Counted from the first letter of the stretch, positions 13,030-33,990 are shown. The stretch: DNA of 64,000 bases from Chrysomallon squamiferum (GCA_012295275.1 CM022678.1:9548001-9612000), one strand, 5' to 3'. The notes: generated by a model from the letters alone, not told the origin. Translations and numbers: made by a program.

Positions 13030-13180
13030 GATTTGTATAACTAGGACTACATTTTTGTGGCTATTTTAATTAATAAAGAAATTTCTTATTTCTTTTTATA
13101 TGTTGACAAATTAAGGTAAGCCGATACTTTCATTTTATCGAATTATGAACAAACTTTTATGTGAAATAAATATTTGCTAT
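13030..13180 (+). promoter_or_regulatory. First-exon/5' donor cassette, decayed homologue of 49464-49610 (-)
   Basis: tgttgacaaattaag|gtaagccgatactttcattttatcgaattatgaacaaacttttatgtgaaataaatatttg aligns at about 80% (by eye) with tgttggcaaattcag|gtaagccgataagtccactttatcgaactactagcaaaccttttgtatgaaataaatatttg. Confidence 0.8.
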
Positions 13181-13749
13181 AAAATTATTAATAGTGTTAT
13201 AAGATGATCCAAAAAATATTTTTTGGGAGACTAAACCACAATTTGTTTTTGAATTTCGAGCTGACATAACATGCATAATCATCAACTTGAAAGACATTTG
13301 TCTCAAGTTCAAAATGTCAGTAATAGATATTCATAAGAAGAAGAAGAAGAAGAAAGTTCTTCTAGAGTAATATTATTTATTCATGTTAGAGACAGTTATT
13401 GAATTAAATTTGGAAATCAGAAAATTTTAAGTTTTAATCAATTGTAATATATTTTAACTGGATAAACAAGACTCATTAAAATGATTTTTATAAAATAAAA
13501 AATGTTATCATCTGAATTAGGACAGTTATTTCAAATAATTTACCACTGTATAAGTATTATAAGAATTCAGATTTTTATTTTTTTTATTTTTTTTATTTTT
13601 TTGGCTGCTGAAAAAGATATATATGATACTTCTGGAAGTTCTTCAAAGCACTCCAATGAACAAAGCAGAGAGAATTTGTATGTTTTTTTCATTAGTATTT
13701 TTACTATTTAAGCAGCAATTAATTTGTAATTTCTCCTTCATTTTTATAG

Positions 13750-14372
13750 AGTACATTTGAACGTGTGTGTTTGTGGGGTTCCTGGTGTCTGCTTTTATCT
13801 TTTATTGCTTTTTTACAGCATTAGTCAGAACAAACTCACACACTATAGACTGAATGGGGTAACTCCGAGAGAGAAAAGAAATCTGGCAGAAGAAAATTAA
13901 TTCACATGCCTTACATGTGAAGACAGAGAAAGGATAGTTCAGTTTCTGCAGCATTTTCCTCAAGATTTTGACTAATTTTGCTTGGGTGAGTCCCAGGATT
14001 CAAAGGGAGTGATTTGAAAATCTTTCTGCATGTGAGACTAAATCTTCACTTTGGAGGGAGTATCAACAGACTGCTATTGTACAGGGTAAGAATTCATTTG
14101 AATAATGTGTAATTTTTCTAATAGATTAAGAGATATTATATTAATTCTTAGATTGATTGATTTTATATTGCAGTATGTTTTTGTTTATTTTAAATTTTGT
14201 TTTCATTTTCATTTTTAAGAAAAAGCTGTCTTCTTCAGTTTGACTTGTCAGTACAGAAAGTTCACATTCCAAACAGCCCACTCCAGCTAGAACAGTTTAC
14301 TTCCTTGTGTCTAGAAAATGTGGAACTTTTAAAATATGTTCTGAAGTTCTGTGTTAGCAAATCTATCAGCTG
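13750..14372 (+). mobile_element. Sola-like (Sola2-type DDD) transposase relic retained as spliced exons 13750-14085 and 14220-14372
   Basis: Frameshifted motifs SISQNKL.HYRLNGVTPR, CEDRERIVQFLQHF, LLG*VPGFKGSDLKI, ETKSSLWREY and FD..QKVHIPNSPLQ..VYFLVSRKCGTF. These match the family pattern LPGR.PG.K / SFD.AQQVH.P..P.Q.GP.YFL..RKC..FG. Further exon-like blocks lie at 14629-14766 and 15387-15470. Confidence 0.75.
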
Positions 14373-15020
14373 GTGAGTCAGTTAATCTGTTAATTAATTT
14401 ATTTATTTAATTGTTTTGTATTGATGTATTTTCTTTTTGTTTTGTTTGCTCCTGTGTATACTATATATTGAATTTTTTTTAATGTGGTTGTGATATTTTG
14501 TTATGTTTTTGAATTTATTTAATCAAACATTTGTGTCTATTTATTTTTTTGAATTAAAGTTTGGCTCTCAGTTTTTCACTGTTTCTATCAAGATGGTTTT
14601 GAGTATAAATTCAGTTTTTAATTCATAGAATGTGTTAGGTGTTCACTGGAAACATGTGCACAGAGAAATGGTTTCAGAAATTCCACAGCTACAGTTTGGT
14701 GTTGTGTTTATTTTGTGTTTGAACTTGATTGTGTTTAGATTGGTGGAATAGCTGATTCTGAGTTTGGTAATGTTGTTTTTGTCAGTCACTGAATGATTGA
14801 TGAAAATTTTACCATTCATGCATTTTTTTTTTTACACTTTAAACTTTAACATGTTTTTAATGTAAAATGAATTTTATATTCAAGTCTGTAGTCAACACTA
14901 AATAATTTCTTCTATATATTATTCACTAAATATTATTTAAATTAAAAAGCTAAATAACTATTTAACGTGAATAAAATATTATAAAATGTATTATTAACTT
15001 TTACCTAGGTAACAAAATAA

Positions 15021-15071
<51 letters not shown>

Positions 15072-15270
15072 CACATTCACAAAACACATGCACACACCAA
15101 ACACCCACCCAAGGTAAAAGTGCTTTACCGTATTAACTGTAAACGTTTAATTTCTTTTAAACACAGATAATAAATTCTCATTTTCCTTCTTTTTCATTGA
15201 TTAATTGTTGATTTTAATTTATTTTTATTTATATTTTGTTTTACTTTACTTACTTATAATGTTATTATGC

Positions 15271-15316
<46 letters not shown>

Positions 15317-15639
15317 TTTATTATTTAGTTTATCTGTTTATTTATTTTAATCTTTATTGTTATTTTCATTTTCTTGTTCTTGTCAGGCCAATCATTATTG
15401 ACATGGATATTGCAGAAGCATATGGAGAAAATGTTCCAAATGAACTTAAAGCTTTTTTATGAAAAATCAGATGAGTTAAATATTTTACAAATTTCTTATC
15501 TTTTAAGATACATGTACTAATTATTAAAGTTATTAACAGCTATGCTTCATCACTTTTGAATATATACAAACTTTATATAAACCTTATAATTATTTTATTA
15601 AAAAAAAAAAACAAAACAAAAAAACTAGATGATCTGAAA

Positions 15640-15830
15640 ATTATCTATGAAGAGATCTGTGTTTCTTTTCATGACCCTTTTTGCTACAGTACAGTTCAGT
15701 TATAAGATTAAAAATTACTTATCATGTATCTTTAAAAACAAATTTAATCCTTCCATCACAATATGTGTTTAATGCAAAAGCAAATACCTATCATATATAT
15801 GTTGTTAAATAAAACATCAATTCCTTCTTT
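15640..15830 (+). mobile_element. Possible SINE 3' remnant
   Basis: Ends gttgttaaataaaacatcaattccttc, the same tail type as at 3720-3745. Confidence 0.35.
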
Positions 15831-18800
15831 TTCTTGTTAACATATTACATATTATACTTATCATAATCAATAATAGATGAAAATGTGTATGGTAAGCACT
15901 ATTATAATGTTTTATTATTTTTGTTAGTATTACTACTACTACTACTACCACTACTATTATTGTTGTGGTTTATTATTTAATTCATTGTATTCATCATTAT
16001 TATATTATACAGAGACAGGTAGGTGAATGTAGAGGTAGCTGTACAGCCAAACAGAAACAATATAAAATAAATTAAAATTTAAATGAAATAATGACAGAAT
16101 TTTATTTTTAATATATGAATATTTTATTACAGTTTTGTTTGATTGGATTGGACTACTTACAAGTATATTTTAAATATCATAACATTCTTTGAAACAAACT
16201 ACAAAATAACAGAATAGTTTAGATGTGTGTGTGTGTGTGTGTGTTTTGTCAGCATCAAGTCGTCATGCATGAACAGTTGAACAGCTGTGAACTTCTTGAA
16301 CAACATCAGTCTTGTTCTACACATTTTAATTTTGATCAGCAATAAATGTACATTTATGATTTAACGACTGATTTATTAAATAATTTTGTTTTTCTTAACA
16401 TTAATTATTATCATTATTTATTTATTTCCTTTTTAAACTGAAATTTCCTGATGAAATCTGTTAGAAAGTATGTTAGACAGAGACAATATCAGGATAAAAC
16501 TAATGAAATCAGATACACAATTATAGTAAAAAAGAAAAGAAAACAAATCACTGAAAAAGAAAAGTAAATTAATAAATGACAAACACTGTTATTAACCAGC
16601 AATAATTCAAATCATGAAAACTGACCGACTGGTTCTAGCTTGGAGTGTCTCACTCTGCCTCATTCCTGTCATCTGTTCCGACCACATCAAACCCAGCTGT
16701 GTGAACCTCTGTTCTGCTTGCTGCAACGTCTCTCACTGCAACATCATACTCTTCAGTCACTGACATCCAGATCTTGTATTTTGTCTGTACAGACGTACTT
16801 CCAGCAGCCTGCACTACGTTGTTAGCTTTACTTTGAAACAAAGCTGCAGGTTCCAGAGGCTTTGGTGTCAAGTTTTGTGGTTGAAGATGTTGAGAACGCT
16901 GTAGTGGTCTGCCATATGCTGGTACTGGTTTGAAAACACAGGCTAATGTCTGGTGTCATCTTATACCAGTCACATTTCTATCCTCCGTCTGCTTCGCAAC
17001 CTGTGAACAAAAATGAAGACATGAAATCTGCGTTTGTTTTGAACCCAAATAGCCAACTTATTTTTTTATTATTGTGCTTGGGTTTTGTTAAACATTAATG
17101 TATTGTTTGTTTTGCATTGTCTCTGAACATTAACATTGAGCAAGTTAATCTGACAAAAATACTTTTTGAAATTTTAAGAGTTTAAATACAATTAACAAGA
17201 AAGAAAAAAAAAAGACCAGTGTTTTCTGTGCTGACAAAACTGATTTAATTACTGTTCAGTTATAAGTGTCTAACCACAGAACAGTTTAATTATTTCTAAT
17301 CAAACTGTCAATTAAATGTGTCTACTTTTAGTTTTTATGGGGAACAGTTTATGTGTATGTGTGTGTGTGTGTGAGAGAGAGAGCATGCAAGTGCGTGCAG
17401 TATTCTAATTTTATCATGGAACTCATATAGAGGTACATTGGTTTCCACATAATATTTCATGGAATGATGTCAGTATTGTGTTAATTAGTTAGCTCTACTG
17501 TCTCTAAAACTAGAACTGCTATAGCATTAAATAAAAAAGTGGAAGAGTATAAAGTTAGCTTGGACTTTCAAGAAAACTTTGTTACCAAATAGTTATGAAC
17601 AAGAACTAGCATAAAAATTCACCTTTTAATAAACAAACAAACAAAGAAACAATTAAATAAATTAATAAATGTAACAACAAAAAAGAGGAGAAAAAAAGAA
17701 GAAAAAAACCCAGACAAATAAGTAAATAAATAAATAAATAAATGATGAACATCTAAATATTAACAAATAAACAAATAAATAAGGATATAAATAAATGAAC
17801 ATATAAATATTAACAAATAAACAAACAAACAAATAAATAAATAAAGATATAAATCAATAAATAAATGATGACCATCTAAATATTAACAAATAAACAAATA
17901 AATAAATAAGTAAATAAAGATTATAAACAGACAAATAAATAAATAAATAAAGACATAAACAGACAGACAGACAGACAGACAAACAAATAAATAAACAGTC
18001 AGGCAAACACTTAAATAACTAACTAAAGATATAAATAAACAGACAAATAACTAAGTAAATAAAGATACAAGTACTCTGCTGTTGTCTGACTCACTCTCCA
18101 AGGCCTCTGTCACGGTGATGTCATCAAACATTGACGTTTTGGACAAAAAGATTGCAGCTGGTGTTGTTGTGAAAAGCTGTTGTCATAGTGACCTGCTTGT
18201 CTAGCTGATTAATAAACTTCATCTTCCAGTCTGAAAGATCACAAAAATAGGCTGGGCTAGGAAAACAGGCAGAGTGAGTTACAATTGCAAGTGCATCTGA
18301 GGAAGGAGTTAAAAACAAACAACAAAACCTATTTTGTATATTACAGATTTAATGTTAATAAAACCTAGTAGAGACCTATTTTACTAATAGGAAATATAAA
18401 ATATGATTAAAATTAGTTAAACCTGGTAAACAACAAATTTACATACAACAAATTTACATACAACAAATATAAACTATTTTAAAGTTAATTAAACTTGGTA
18501 AAGACCTATTTTAACTTATAATGGATGGGAAGATATTTTAAAACTAGGTAACACTGTTAAAAAGATATTTTTTGTAAGATATGATAAAGTTAGACAAACC
18601 TGGTAAAGAGCTGTTGAATTCACTAAAGTTTGGTGTTTGTGTTCCAGTTATCCTGTTAAACTGAACTCCAGTCAATGCTGGCGATTTCTGTAAACCTGTG
18701 AAACAAACCATGTCAACTTATTTAATAACACATAAATTTCATAAATTTACAACAGACACAAGATTATCTTCAGTAATAGTTTGATACATTTTTAGAGATT

Positions 18801-19134
18801 AATCTTATAAAATAATAACTAACACAGAGATAAAAGAAAATAATTATCATCGAAGGTTATCTTAATAGATTATTTTATGTAACAGTCTCATACATTTTTA
18901 GAGATTAATCTTATAAAATAATAACTAATACAGAGATAAAAAAATAATAATCATCATAGATAGTAACAGTTTGATACAGTTTTAAAGATGACAAAAAATA
19001 AATGAAATTAATCTACACTGAAATTATCTACACCAAACTCACGATCGGACAGAAGTGTACTGCGCAGTGACGCTGATGCTTCACAAACAGTTTTTAACTC
19101 AGCCGTGGTTGTCGTCTGACTTGGTGGGTGGATC

Positions 19135-25791
<6,657 letters not shown>

Positions 25792-26133
25792 TCTGAAACA
25801 CAAATAACATAGTAATAAATCCAATAATTCAGCAGGTAATTTAAATATTTTGGAAAAACACAAAGAATTACTAAGAAATATATTTAAAATATCTTTTTTA
25901 AAATAATGATTTACGGAGTTCACTAAAACAAAAATTCATTCACAAGAAGGGAAGGAACTCTGCCTGTTACACTTACTGTGGAACACTGAAATACAAATTC
26001 ACTATCTAGATCTTATTGTTTTATTTCATGCAGATGCATACCACCATGACGAAAATGACAAATGAGTTGAGAAAAGAAAACAAAGAAATAAAAGAACACT
26101 TAGCTACCTTGTCAAAGTATTTGTCATTGTGAT

Positions 26134-26545
26134 GTTTATTATGGGTGAAACACAGCTATTGTCACCTTGACCATCACAGTATTATGACTACTTATCAAGC
26201 TGACTGTTTCTCATGCAGACTGTATAATCTACAGCTATATATCAATTCATCATCTATCAGTTCATCTGTCAGTGTTTATAATGGGTTAAACACAGCTAAC
26301 CTTGAAATCAAAGAATTATGACTAAAAGAACTGTTTCTCATGCAGACTGTATAATCTACAGCTATATATCAATTCATCATCTATCAGTTCATCTGTCAGT
26401 GTTTATTATGGGTTAAACACAGCTATTGTCACCTTGACTATCACAGAATTATGACTACTTATCAGGCTGACTGTTCTCATGCAGACTGTATAATCTACAG
26501 CTATATATCAATTCATCATCTATCTGTTCATCTGTCAGTGTTTAT
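26134..26545. repeat. Tandem repeat, 3 units of about 130-140 bp
   Basis: catgcagactgtataatctacagctatatatcaattcatcatctat occurs three times. Confidence 0.92.
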
Positions 26546-27324
26546 AGACATTTTTAAAACTTTTTATTAAAGTTAAAATAAAGCATGTTTATCACTTAAC
26601 CTGTTCTATAATTCTAAATATACAATGAGCTTCTCTTCAAAGTAAATATTTTGAAACCATCTCTCAGATTCAGTTATCTGGTATACCTTTACCTCCACCC
26701 TATTTTCTCTAATACATTTATTTAAAAAGGGCACTTACCTGGAAACCCATCCATATTTCTTCATGTCTACTGGGCCTCTTGTTTACAATAAAAGTTGACA
26801 TAACCTTTACACCTCTTCTTTTCAGTATCAGTCTGTGATGTAGATAATAATACATCTCCTTAATTTCAGGTCTTCTCACTTCTTCCTTTTTTATGAAAAA
26901 AAAAAAAAGACATTAATCTTCACTTTTCACTATGGACTGTGCTTTTTATAAAGTTAAAATTGAGATTTAATGTGCTGCTTTATCAGCTTTCCAAAAACTT
27001 AAATAAGGAAAAAGTAATAACACATTATAAAATTTTTTTTTTTTTTTTTTTTTGTCCATTTCACATTAATTATGGACTGTGAAGAATGTATATTTTACTC
27101 AATTTACTTTTTCACTGTTCATTATAAAATTATTATATTCTTCTTATCATAATTTTTTTAAGTTTATAAATATTTATTTATTTATTTTGTTTTTGTATTG
27201 TGAATGAAACCTGTTTGGAAAATCAATATTTATATTTTTTCCATTGTTAATAATGAAAAATACATAGATTGTTCAGTATTAATTTTCTTATTGAATTTTT
27301 ATTTATTTATTTTAAATTTTCTGA

Positions 27325-27361
<37 letters not shown>

Positions 27362-27459
27362 TTAAATAAATAAAATAAAATTTTAAAAAGTTTGTTTAGT
27401 TTAAATTTCTGTTGTTTAAGAAAATGAGAACTGATATAAACAATCTTAGAGGTTCTTAG

Positions 27460-27830
27460 GTCCGAATCGTGAGCGTTCCCAATCGTTTTTCTTTTTTTTT
27501 TTTTTTTTTTTGTTTGGTGCCTACCTTCATGTCATTAACATTATTAATAAGTGAATATTTCTTATCAGCGAATTCAAAATTAACTGTTATCGTTCAATAG
27601 TAAACGAAGATTAAAATGTTTTTCTAGCACACGTGAAGTGACGTGCGAGGCGGAAATGAGTCTCGATTACGATATTAGTTTCAAGTCATCTAAAAGGAAA
27701 AAGACTACCGTGTATCAAACATTTCGGAGGCGAAGACAAAATAAAACCTTTTTCTTTTTATACTCTTTAATACTGTTAAATCTCGTTAAAACATTAATCT
27801 CTTATTTCTTCAGGTATATCTAATTATCAC
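27460..27830. promoter_or_regulatory. CpG-rich promoter of the minus-strand gene
   Basis: Abrupt gain of CpG. Clustered CACGTG, TGACGT and GCGGAAAT motifs at about 27630-27660. First donor (rc gaag|gtaggc) at 27525. Confidence 0.65.
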
Positions 27831-28187
27831 TGTAGGATTGTCATTTAACTAACAGAAAACTACATTAATTTCTCCTGTATTTCTAACATATTTATTTTTA
27901 AAACGTCTTCTGCTACCATTACAGACGTTTATACGAAAAAACTAATATTCAGATAAAGAATGTTTTTTTTTTTTTTTTTTAATTATAAATACATTAGCTT
28001 ACTTTATCACATTCTGACAAAATGTTCAGTCGATAACTTGATTATAACCTACTGAATAATTTAGTATTCTATATTTTCATTAATTATTAACATTATTTAT
28101 TATTTTTGTTTATTTATTTTTTCTAAGCCTCACCACCAACAAAACAGACATTGAGAGTGCTGTGAGTAATCTTAATTACAACTGTTT

Positions 28188-28220
<33 letters not shown>

Positions 28221-28389
28221 AATACTAATAATAATAATAATAATAATGTTTTCTCTTCTTCTTCATCTTCTTCTTTGTTGTCTTCTTCTTCTTATTATTA
28301 TTATTGTCATTATTATTGTTATTGTTATTAATAATATTATTATTGTCCTTGTTATTATTAATTGTCCAGTATTATCAGTCAGGTACTAA

Positions 28390-28505
28390 TATTGCTACTT
28401 CTAGTTACTAACAGTGACTTTCAACACACTAAATCTGTTACCAGTAATTATATATATATTTACCACTATGTCTGTTATTTCTACACATGTTATTTTTTCT
28501 ACTAT

Positions 28506-28536
<31 letters not shown>

Positions 28537-28900
28537 GTGGTGTCTGCAGTTATTTACTACCTCCTCTTATTGTATTTACTACTACTATTCAACCCAAGCT
28601 AATTCTACCAGTTATCACTATCACCGTTAATGCTGCAATTACTACTACTAGTACTGTTACTACTAATACTACAACTATTACCACTAGTGCTATTACTAGT
28701 ACTATTACTACTAATACTACAACTATTACCACTATTACTACTCCTAGTGTTGTTACCACTAATACCTACAAATTCTGCTGCTGCTGCTTCTACTACTACT
28801 ACAAGAACAGCAACTGCTACTATTGCTAGCACTGCTACTACTAGTTACTAATACTGAAACTATTACAACTACTGCTGTGTCAATTACTATAACCAACAGT
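28390..28900. repeat. Degenerate (TAC/ACT)n low-complexity tract
   Basis: Trinucleotide-derived sequence that produces several overlapping poly-T/L/S ORFs. Confidence 0.85.
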
Positions 28901-29029
28901 ACCATTGTTACATTTATAGTGATAATTTTAAAGGGTATGGCAAATACACAGAACAAAAATAAATAAAAAACAATACACTGATGAAATCACATCTTAACTT
29001 TTCCATAGCTACAAATTAATTATTTATCC

Positions 29030-29660
29030 GGAAATTCAATTAAGAAGCGTAGCGGATAAACCAGACACGTGATTGTGTTGTTTTCTTCTGCTGTTATCGG
29101 CTGCTCGCACAGATCAATTGGCAGACGGAAATTATTCAAGTTTAAGACGATGTCTGATTTACAGCGATCAATTCTGTATCAGATTTGCTCATTTCAAGTC
29201 GCACAACGTTTAGGCAAGTCAGGTAACGGTAAAACTATTTTATTTAACGATGCACGGTTTTAATTCTCTACTTTTATCTTTTATGAATATGTTTAACACC
29301 CGAGACAGAGAACAGTTTTTCAGTCAGCAGTAACAAGGGATCAGCGGCGTGCAACATAGAGCAAAACCCGCACGTGGCCAGTTACAATGCAACAAGCGAC
29401 TGCCCCCGAGTTACAGCCTGGTGTGTAACCCTGGTAACTAACAAGCACAAATAACATGAACGCAACAGGGGCGATCAACACGGCATGTGAAGACTCCTTG
29501 CTTAAAAGAGAACAGAGGGCCGACATTTTCTTCTAACACTAATTTTCCATATTGTCTTGACGCAATTTGCTTTTTTTTTTCTTCAAAAACTCTATAGAGT
29601 TCATTAATACTACACCATTACTATTGCCATAGGTTTCACCTTGCCGCAAGGGAATTCCCA
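29030..29660. promoter_or_regulatory. CpG-rich island of unknown role, ending in a perfect kappaB palindrome GGGAATTCCC (29650-29659)
   Basis: High CpG and GC relative to flanks; possible donor caagtcag|gtaacg near 29222. Confidence 0.4.
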
Positions 29661-31271
29661 TGCAATTACTCATACCTGAGACATTTCATCAAACATTAGT
29701 GATGACGTTAATGTTACAGAAATAAATAGAAATATTAAAATGAAATTAAAAGAATACAAAGGCGTGTGTGTGTTGCTGTGTGTGTGCGTGCGTGTGCGGC
29801 GTGTGCGTGTGTGTGAAGTGATTGTCTCGCAGCTAATTATGAAATTGCCCTTTACCTACAGTTTGTTTAAAACACTTCTCTGTTCATCTAAAAATGTATT
29901 TATTTATTTATTTATTGATTTATTTATTTATTTATTTATAACAATTTGTTTTCTGAATTCTGGGGCTGACTGTTAGTGTATATTTTAGTACTGGTTTCTT
30001 AAATATGTGATATAAATACAAATGGCTGGTATATCTACGTCAACAAAATATATTATAACAGATTAAAAATAATAATAATAATAATAAATAAATAAATAAA
30101 AATAATAATAAATAAATAAATAAATAAATGAATTTTTCACCACCTGTACGGATCTTCGTGTATAGAAAAAGTTAATCTGAGGAGGTAGCCTGAACACACG
30201 TTTCTGATATCAGCTTTTTAATGTCAGGGCAAAAAGTCTTCTTATGTTTGTTGTTTCCTTCATAGAAATATTATTCATTATCATTTCATCGCCAGTATTT
30301 ATTAGTGTAAAACCCAATCTATACATATTTTTAGATATTGTACAACAGGTGTGTTTAGAGTTTTATTTGACTTGCAAAAATTGGAAAATAACGGTCAAAT
30401 CAGCAGATTTATACGTTGCACAAAATGACATTCCTCTACTGGACTTCACTTAACACTGATTCAGTGTGGCAGTCAAAACGTCAACACCGGTCAGAACGGT
30501 TTGACTCTGAATGCTGTGCACATGTCATTTTTTTTTATTAATACTTTTTTTTCATGAATAAAGAGGACACCCAGCGCTCCCGTACTGATTAGCAGAAAAG
30601 AATATCTTACAAGCATAACTGGCAGAGAAAATGTAGAATGATTATAAATGAGACGTTGGCTAGAACGAGAAATAAACTTAAGACTGATGATACAAACACT
30701 TCAATACTCCATTCGTATAGAACTGTATTTCCTTTAAAGTGTGTCTGCTTTAAATATACAAACAAACAGTTAATAATGATAAATAAATAAAATAAATAAA
30801 TAAATAAAATAAAATAAAATAAAATAAAATAAAGTTCCAAAAAAAAACAACTAAAAAGAAGAAATTATTATTTTACTTCTTTGTTGAGACCTGCCATAAA
30901 TAATAAGTATGACAATAACAATTATGTTTCTTCGTATCAGGAATCTTATTAATATATAAGGACCTTTAACTTTTTGGTGCTCATGAAAAAATAGATTTTA
31001 ATGTTACAATTTAGTGTGGGTTTTAATACGTTATTATGGGGCTGCGAATTGTTACTGAGTGGTGACAGTTTTTATAAACTGTGGTAAAGTTACGGTTAAG
31101 ATCTGAAGGTGATGTTAACTGAAAGACTGAGAAAAAAGTCACTGAACACAAAGCAACACAAAGTGAATCAATCTGTCTGTAAATTTCTCCATTCATAGCT
31201 AACAAGTGAAGTTAAACCAGCATTTGAAATCAGCTAGAACTAAACGGTTTAAAATGAGGGAGGGAGGGAGG

Positions 31272-31357
<86 letters not shown>

Positions 31358-31386
31358 AAGAGAGAGAGAGAGAGAGAGAGAGCGAA

Positions 31387-31462
<76 letters not shown>

Positions 31463-32466
31463 GGTAGTAGAAATGTTTGTGATGAGTCGTGTTTCGTTAA
31501 CTAAGAAGTACGATGTAATCAAACACCACAGAAAGGCAGCAGCGTGTTGAGACTGCGCCAGACAAGTCAGCAGAGCCGCCCTTGTGTCAGGCTGACAAAC
31601 AGCGGGATTACGTGAGACAAACATTAGCTGTTTTTTGTCTGCGCTACAATCAATAAGAGATTTAACAAATAAGAAATTTATTACGTTAAGTGTCGTTACT
31701 TTTCTGCTTTGACTTGAACTTAATCGTACATGTTACGTGTCAGTACAGGCAATCGGAAAACGCAGTTAATTTGAGGCAAACCTTTACATTATCTTATTCA
31801 TAATTAATTTTTCACTTTTCCTATTTTTCTCTTGCGCTAGTACACACACACGCACACACACACATTAAGTCTCACTTATACAAATACACACGCGCATACA
31901 TTCATACACATGTTCACTAATGGCTAGGAACTTTTACATGTGTATTGCTTCAAGTGTTTATTTATTTATGTAGGAATGTTGTGTTTAACAGTATTTACCA
32001 CAACATAATTACAACTAACCATCATAACTAATAATTACATCATTATATCATTATTGTAAGCACAATGACTGCAGAAGAATAGCACGAATCGTAAAAAGAT
32101 ATTTAAAGATTTTTCATGTTAATATTTACATTACTAAAACAAGAGTTAAAATTGTACCTCATTTTTTTCCTAACGGATAATATCAAATTAATAACTGTCT
32201 GAATAGTGATTATACATATTTCGATCTAAAAATAATAAGAACTGATTTACTTAATTCATTTTGTTGAATTCTAGTATTCTCAATACTTAATATAGTATTA
32301 TTTATCAAACAATAAAACAAAATCGCTCTGTAAATAAATAAATAAATAAATAAAAAGTCTGAAGACGTTTAGACAATAATATTGATACTTAATTATTGCT
32401 AAAAACAAACAAACAACCCGAAAAACTTGAGAACGTTTTTTCGCCATATTCAAACTTGAGCATTCG

Positions 32467-33048
32467 TGTTGGTGTGAAGACTGGTTGAGTGTTAGTGTGA
32501 AGACTGGTTGAGTGTTAGTGTGAAGACTGGTTGAGTGTTAGTGTGAAGACTGGTTGAGTGTTAGTGTGAAGACTGGTTGAATGTTGGTGTGAAGACTGGT
32601 TGAGTGTTGGTGTGAAGACTGGTTGAGTGTTGGTGTGAAGACTGGTTGAGTGTTAGTGTGAAGACTGGTTGAGTGTTAGTGTGAAGACTGGTTGAATGTT
32701 AGTGTGAAGACTGGTTGAGTGTTGGTGTGAAGACTGGTTGAGTGTTAGCGTGAAGACTGGTTGAGTGTTGGCGTAAAGAATGGTTGAGTGTTAGTGTGAA
32801 GACTGGTTGAGTGTTAGTGTGAAGACTGGTTGAGTGTTGGTGTGAAGACTGGTTGAGTGTTAGTGTGAAGAATGGTTGAGTGTTGGTGTGAAGACTGGTT
32901 GAGTGTTGGTGTGAAGACTGGTTGAGTGTTAGTGTGAAGACTGGTTGAGTGTTGGTGTGAAGACTGGTTGAGTGTTGGTGTGAAGACTGGTTGAGTGTTG
33001 GTGTGAAGAGAAGACTGGTTGAGTGTTGGTGTGAAGACTGGTTGAGTG
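32467..33048 (+). repeat. 23-bp minisatellite, about 25 copies
   Basis: Unit gtgtt(a/g)gtgtgaagactggttga, head to tail with no spacers. Confidence 0.97.
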
Positions 33049-33617
33049 ACGTGTACACTGCTGCACGTTTCAGAGGCTGCGAGGTCTTCGCTGCAGTTTA
33101 AAGAAAGATGTAGACATACAAAGAGTTTTCGCTTCAGTCGTTAACAACTGCTAGTGAAGTGTAGACTTTCTGTTTAACTCACACACAGACCGACATCAGC
33201 ACTCCTGAGGGCAGAGATGTTAAATATCGATTTCATTCCAGTTGTGAAATGATATCAGGTAGACAGCTGCAGGTGTGAAATTGATAAACTATGTAAAAAG
33301 GAGAACTTTATTTAATCTGATACTAAAACTTGAGTCACAAAGTGCATATATAGATTTTCATATAAATTGTTGTTCAAATTACTTTATGTTTTTAAAGACT
33401 TTCATGTAGAATGTTAATGAATTTACTTAATGCTACTGATGTTACTTAAATGTGTGTATTGAATGTGTTTTTTTATTCATATAACCATCAAATTTGATTT
33501 CACTTAAAATACTTGTACATCAGTTTAATAGTAAGTCTTTTTCTTTTGTAATGATACAATAATACGAGACTAATAACTTTCATTGAACTTCTTCTTCTTC
33601 TTCTTGTTTTTCTTCTT

Positions 33618-33648
<31 letters not shown>

Positions 33649-33660
33649 TTATTATTGTTA

Positions 33661-33698
<38 letters not shown>

Positions 33699-33959
33699 GT
33701 TATTACGGTTTGCTGATGATGACGTTATCAGATTGCTAAGCATTGATATATTTTTAATTTGCTCCTTTGAATCTAAAAGTATAGTCATATTCTTTTTTGA
33801 GTCTTTCAAGAACTAATTGTATTTGAACATTAAATGATTCTGGTCCGTTCTTTTATAATACAAACTCTTCAGTTTTAATTCGCATTCTGTTCGTGGTATT
33901 TATCATTTTTGTGTCTACCTAGTGTTACATGTCTTGTACATTAAAAAAAAATAATTATA

Positions 33960-33990
<31 letters not shown>

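Noticed and set aside
28162-28956. Thr/Ser/Leu-rich ORFs as a mucin or membrane protein
   Set aside because: Overlapping ORFs on both strands arise from trinucleotide low-complexity DNA, and similar tracts occur in introns (5170-5550).
31199-31624. Poly-ER/SL, poly-CV/HT and poly-Y/I/N ORFs throughout the window
   Set aside because: Microsatellite translations.
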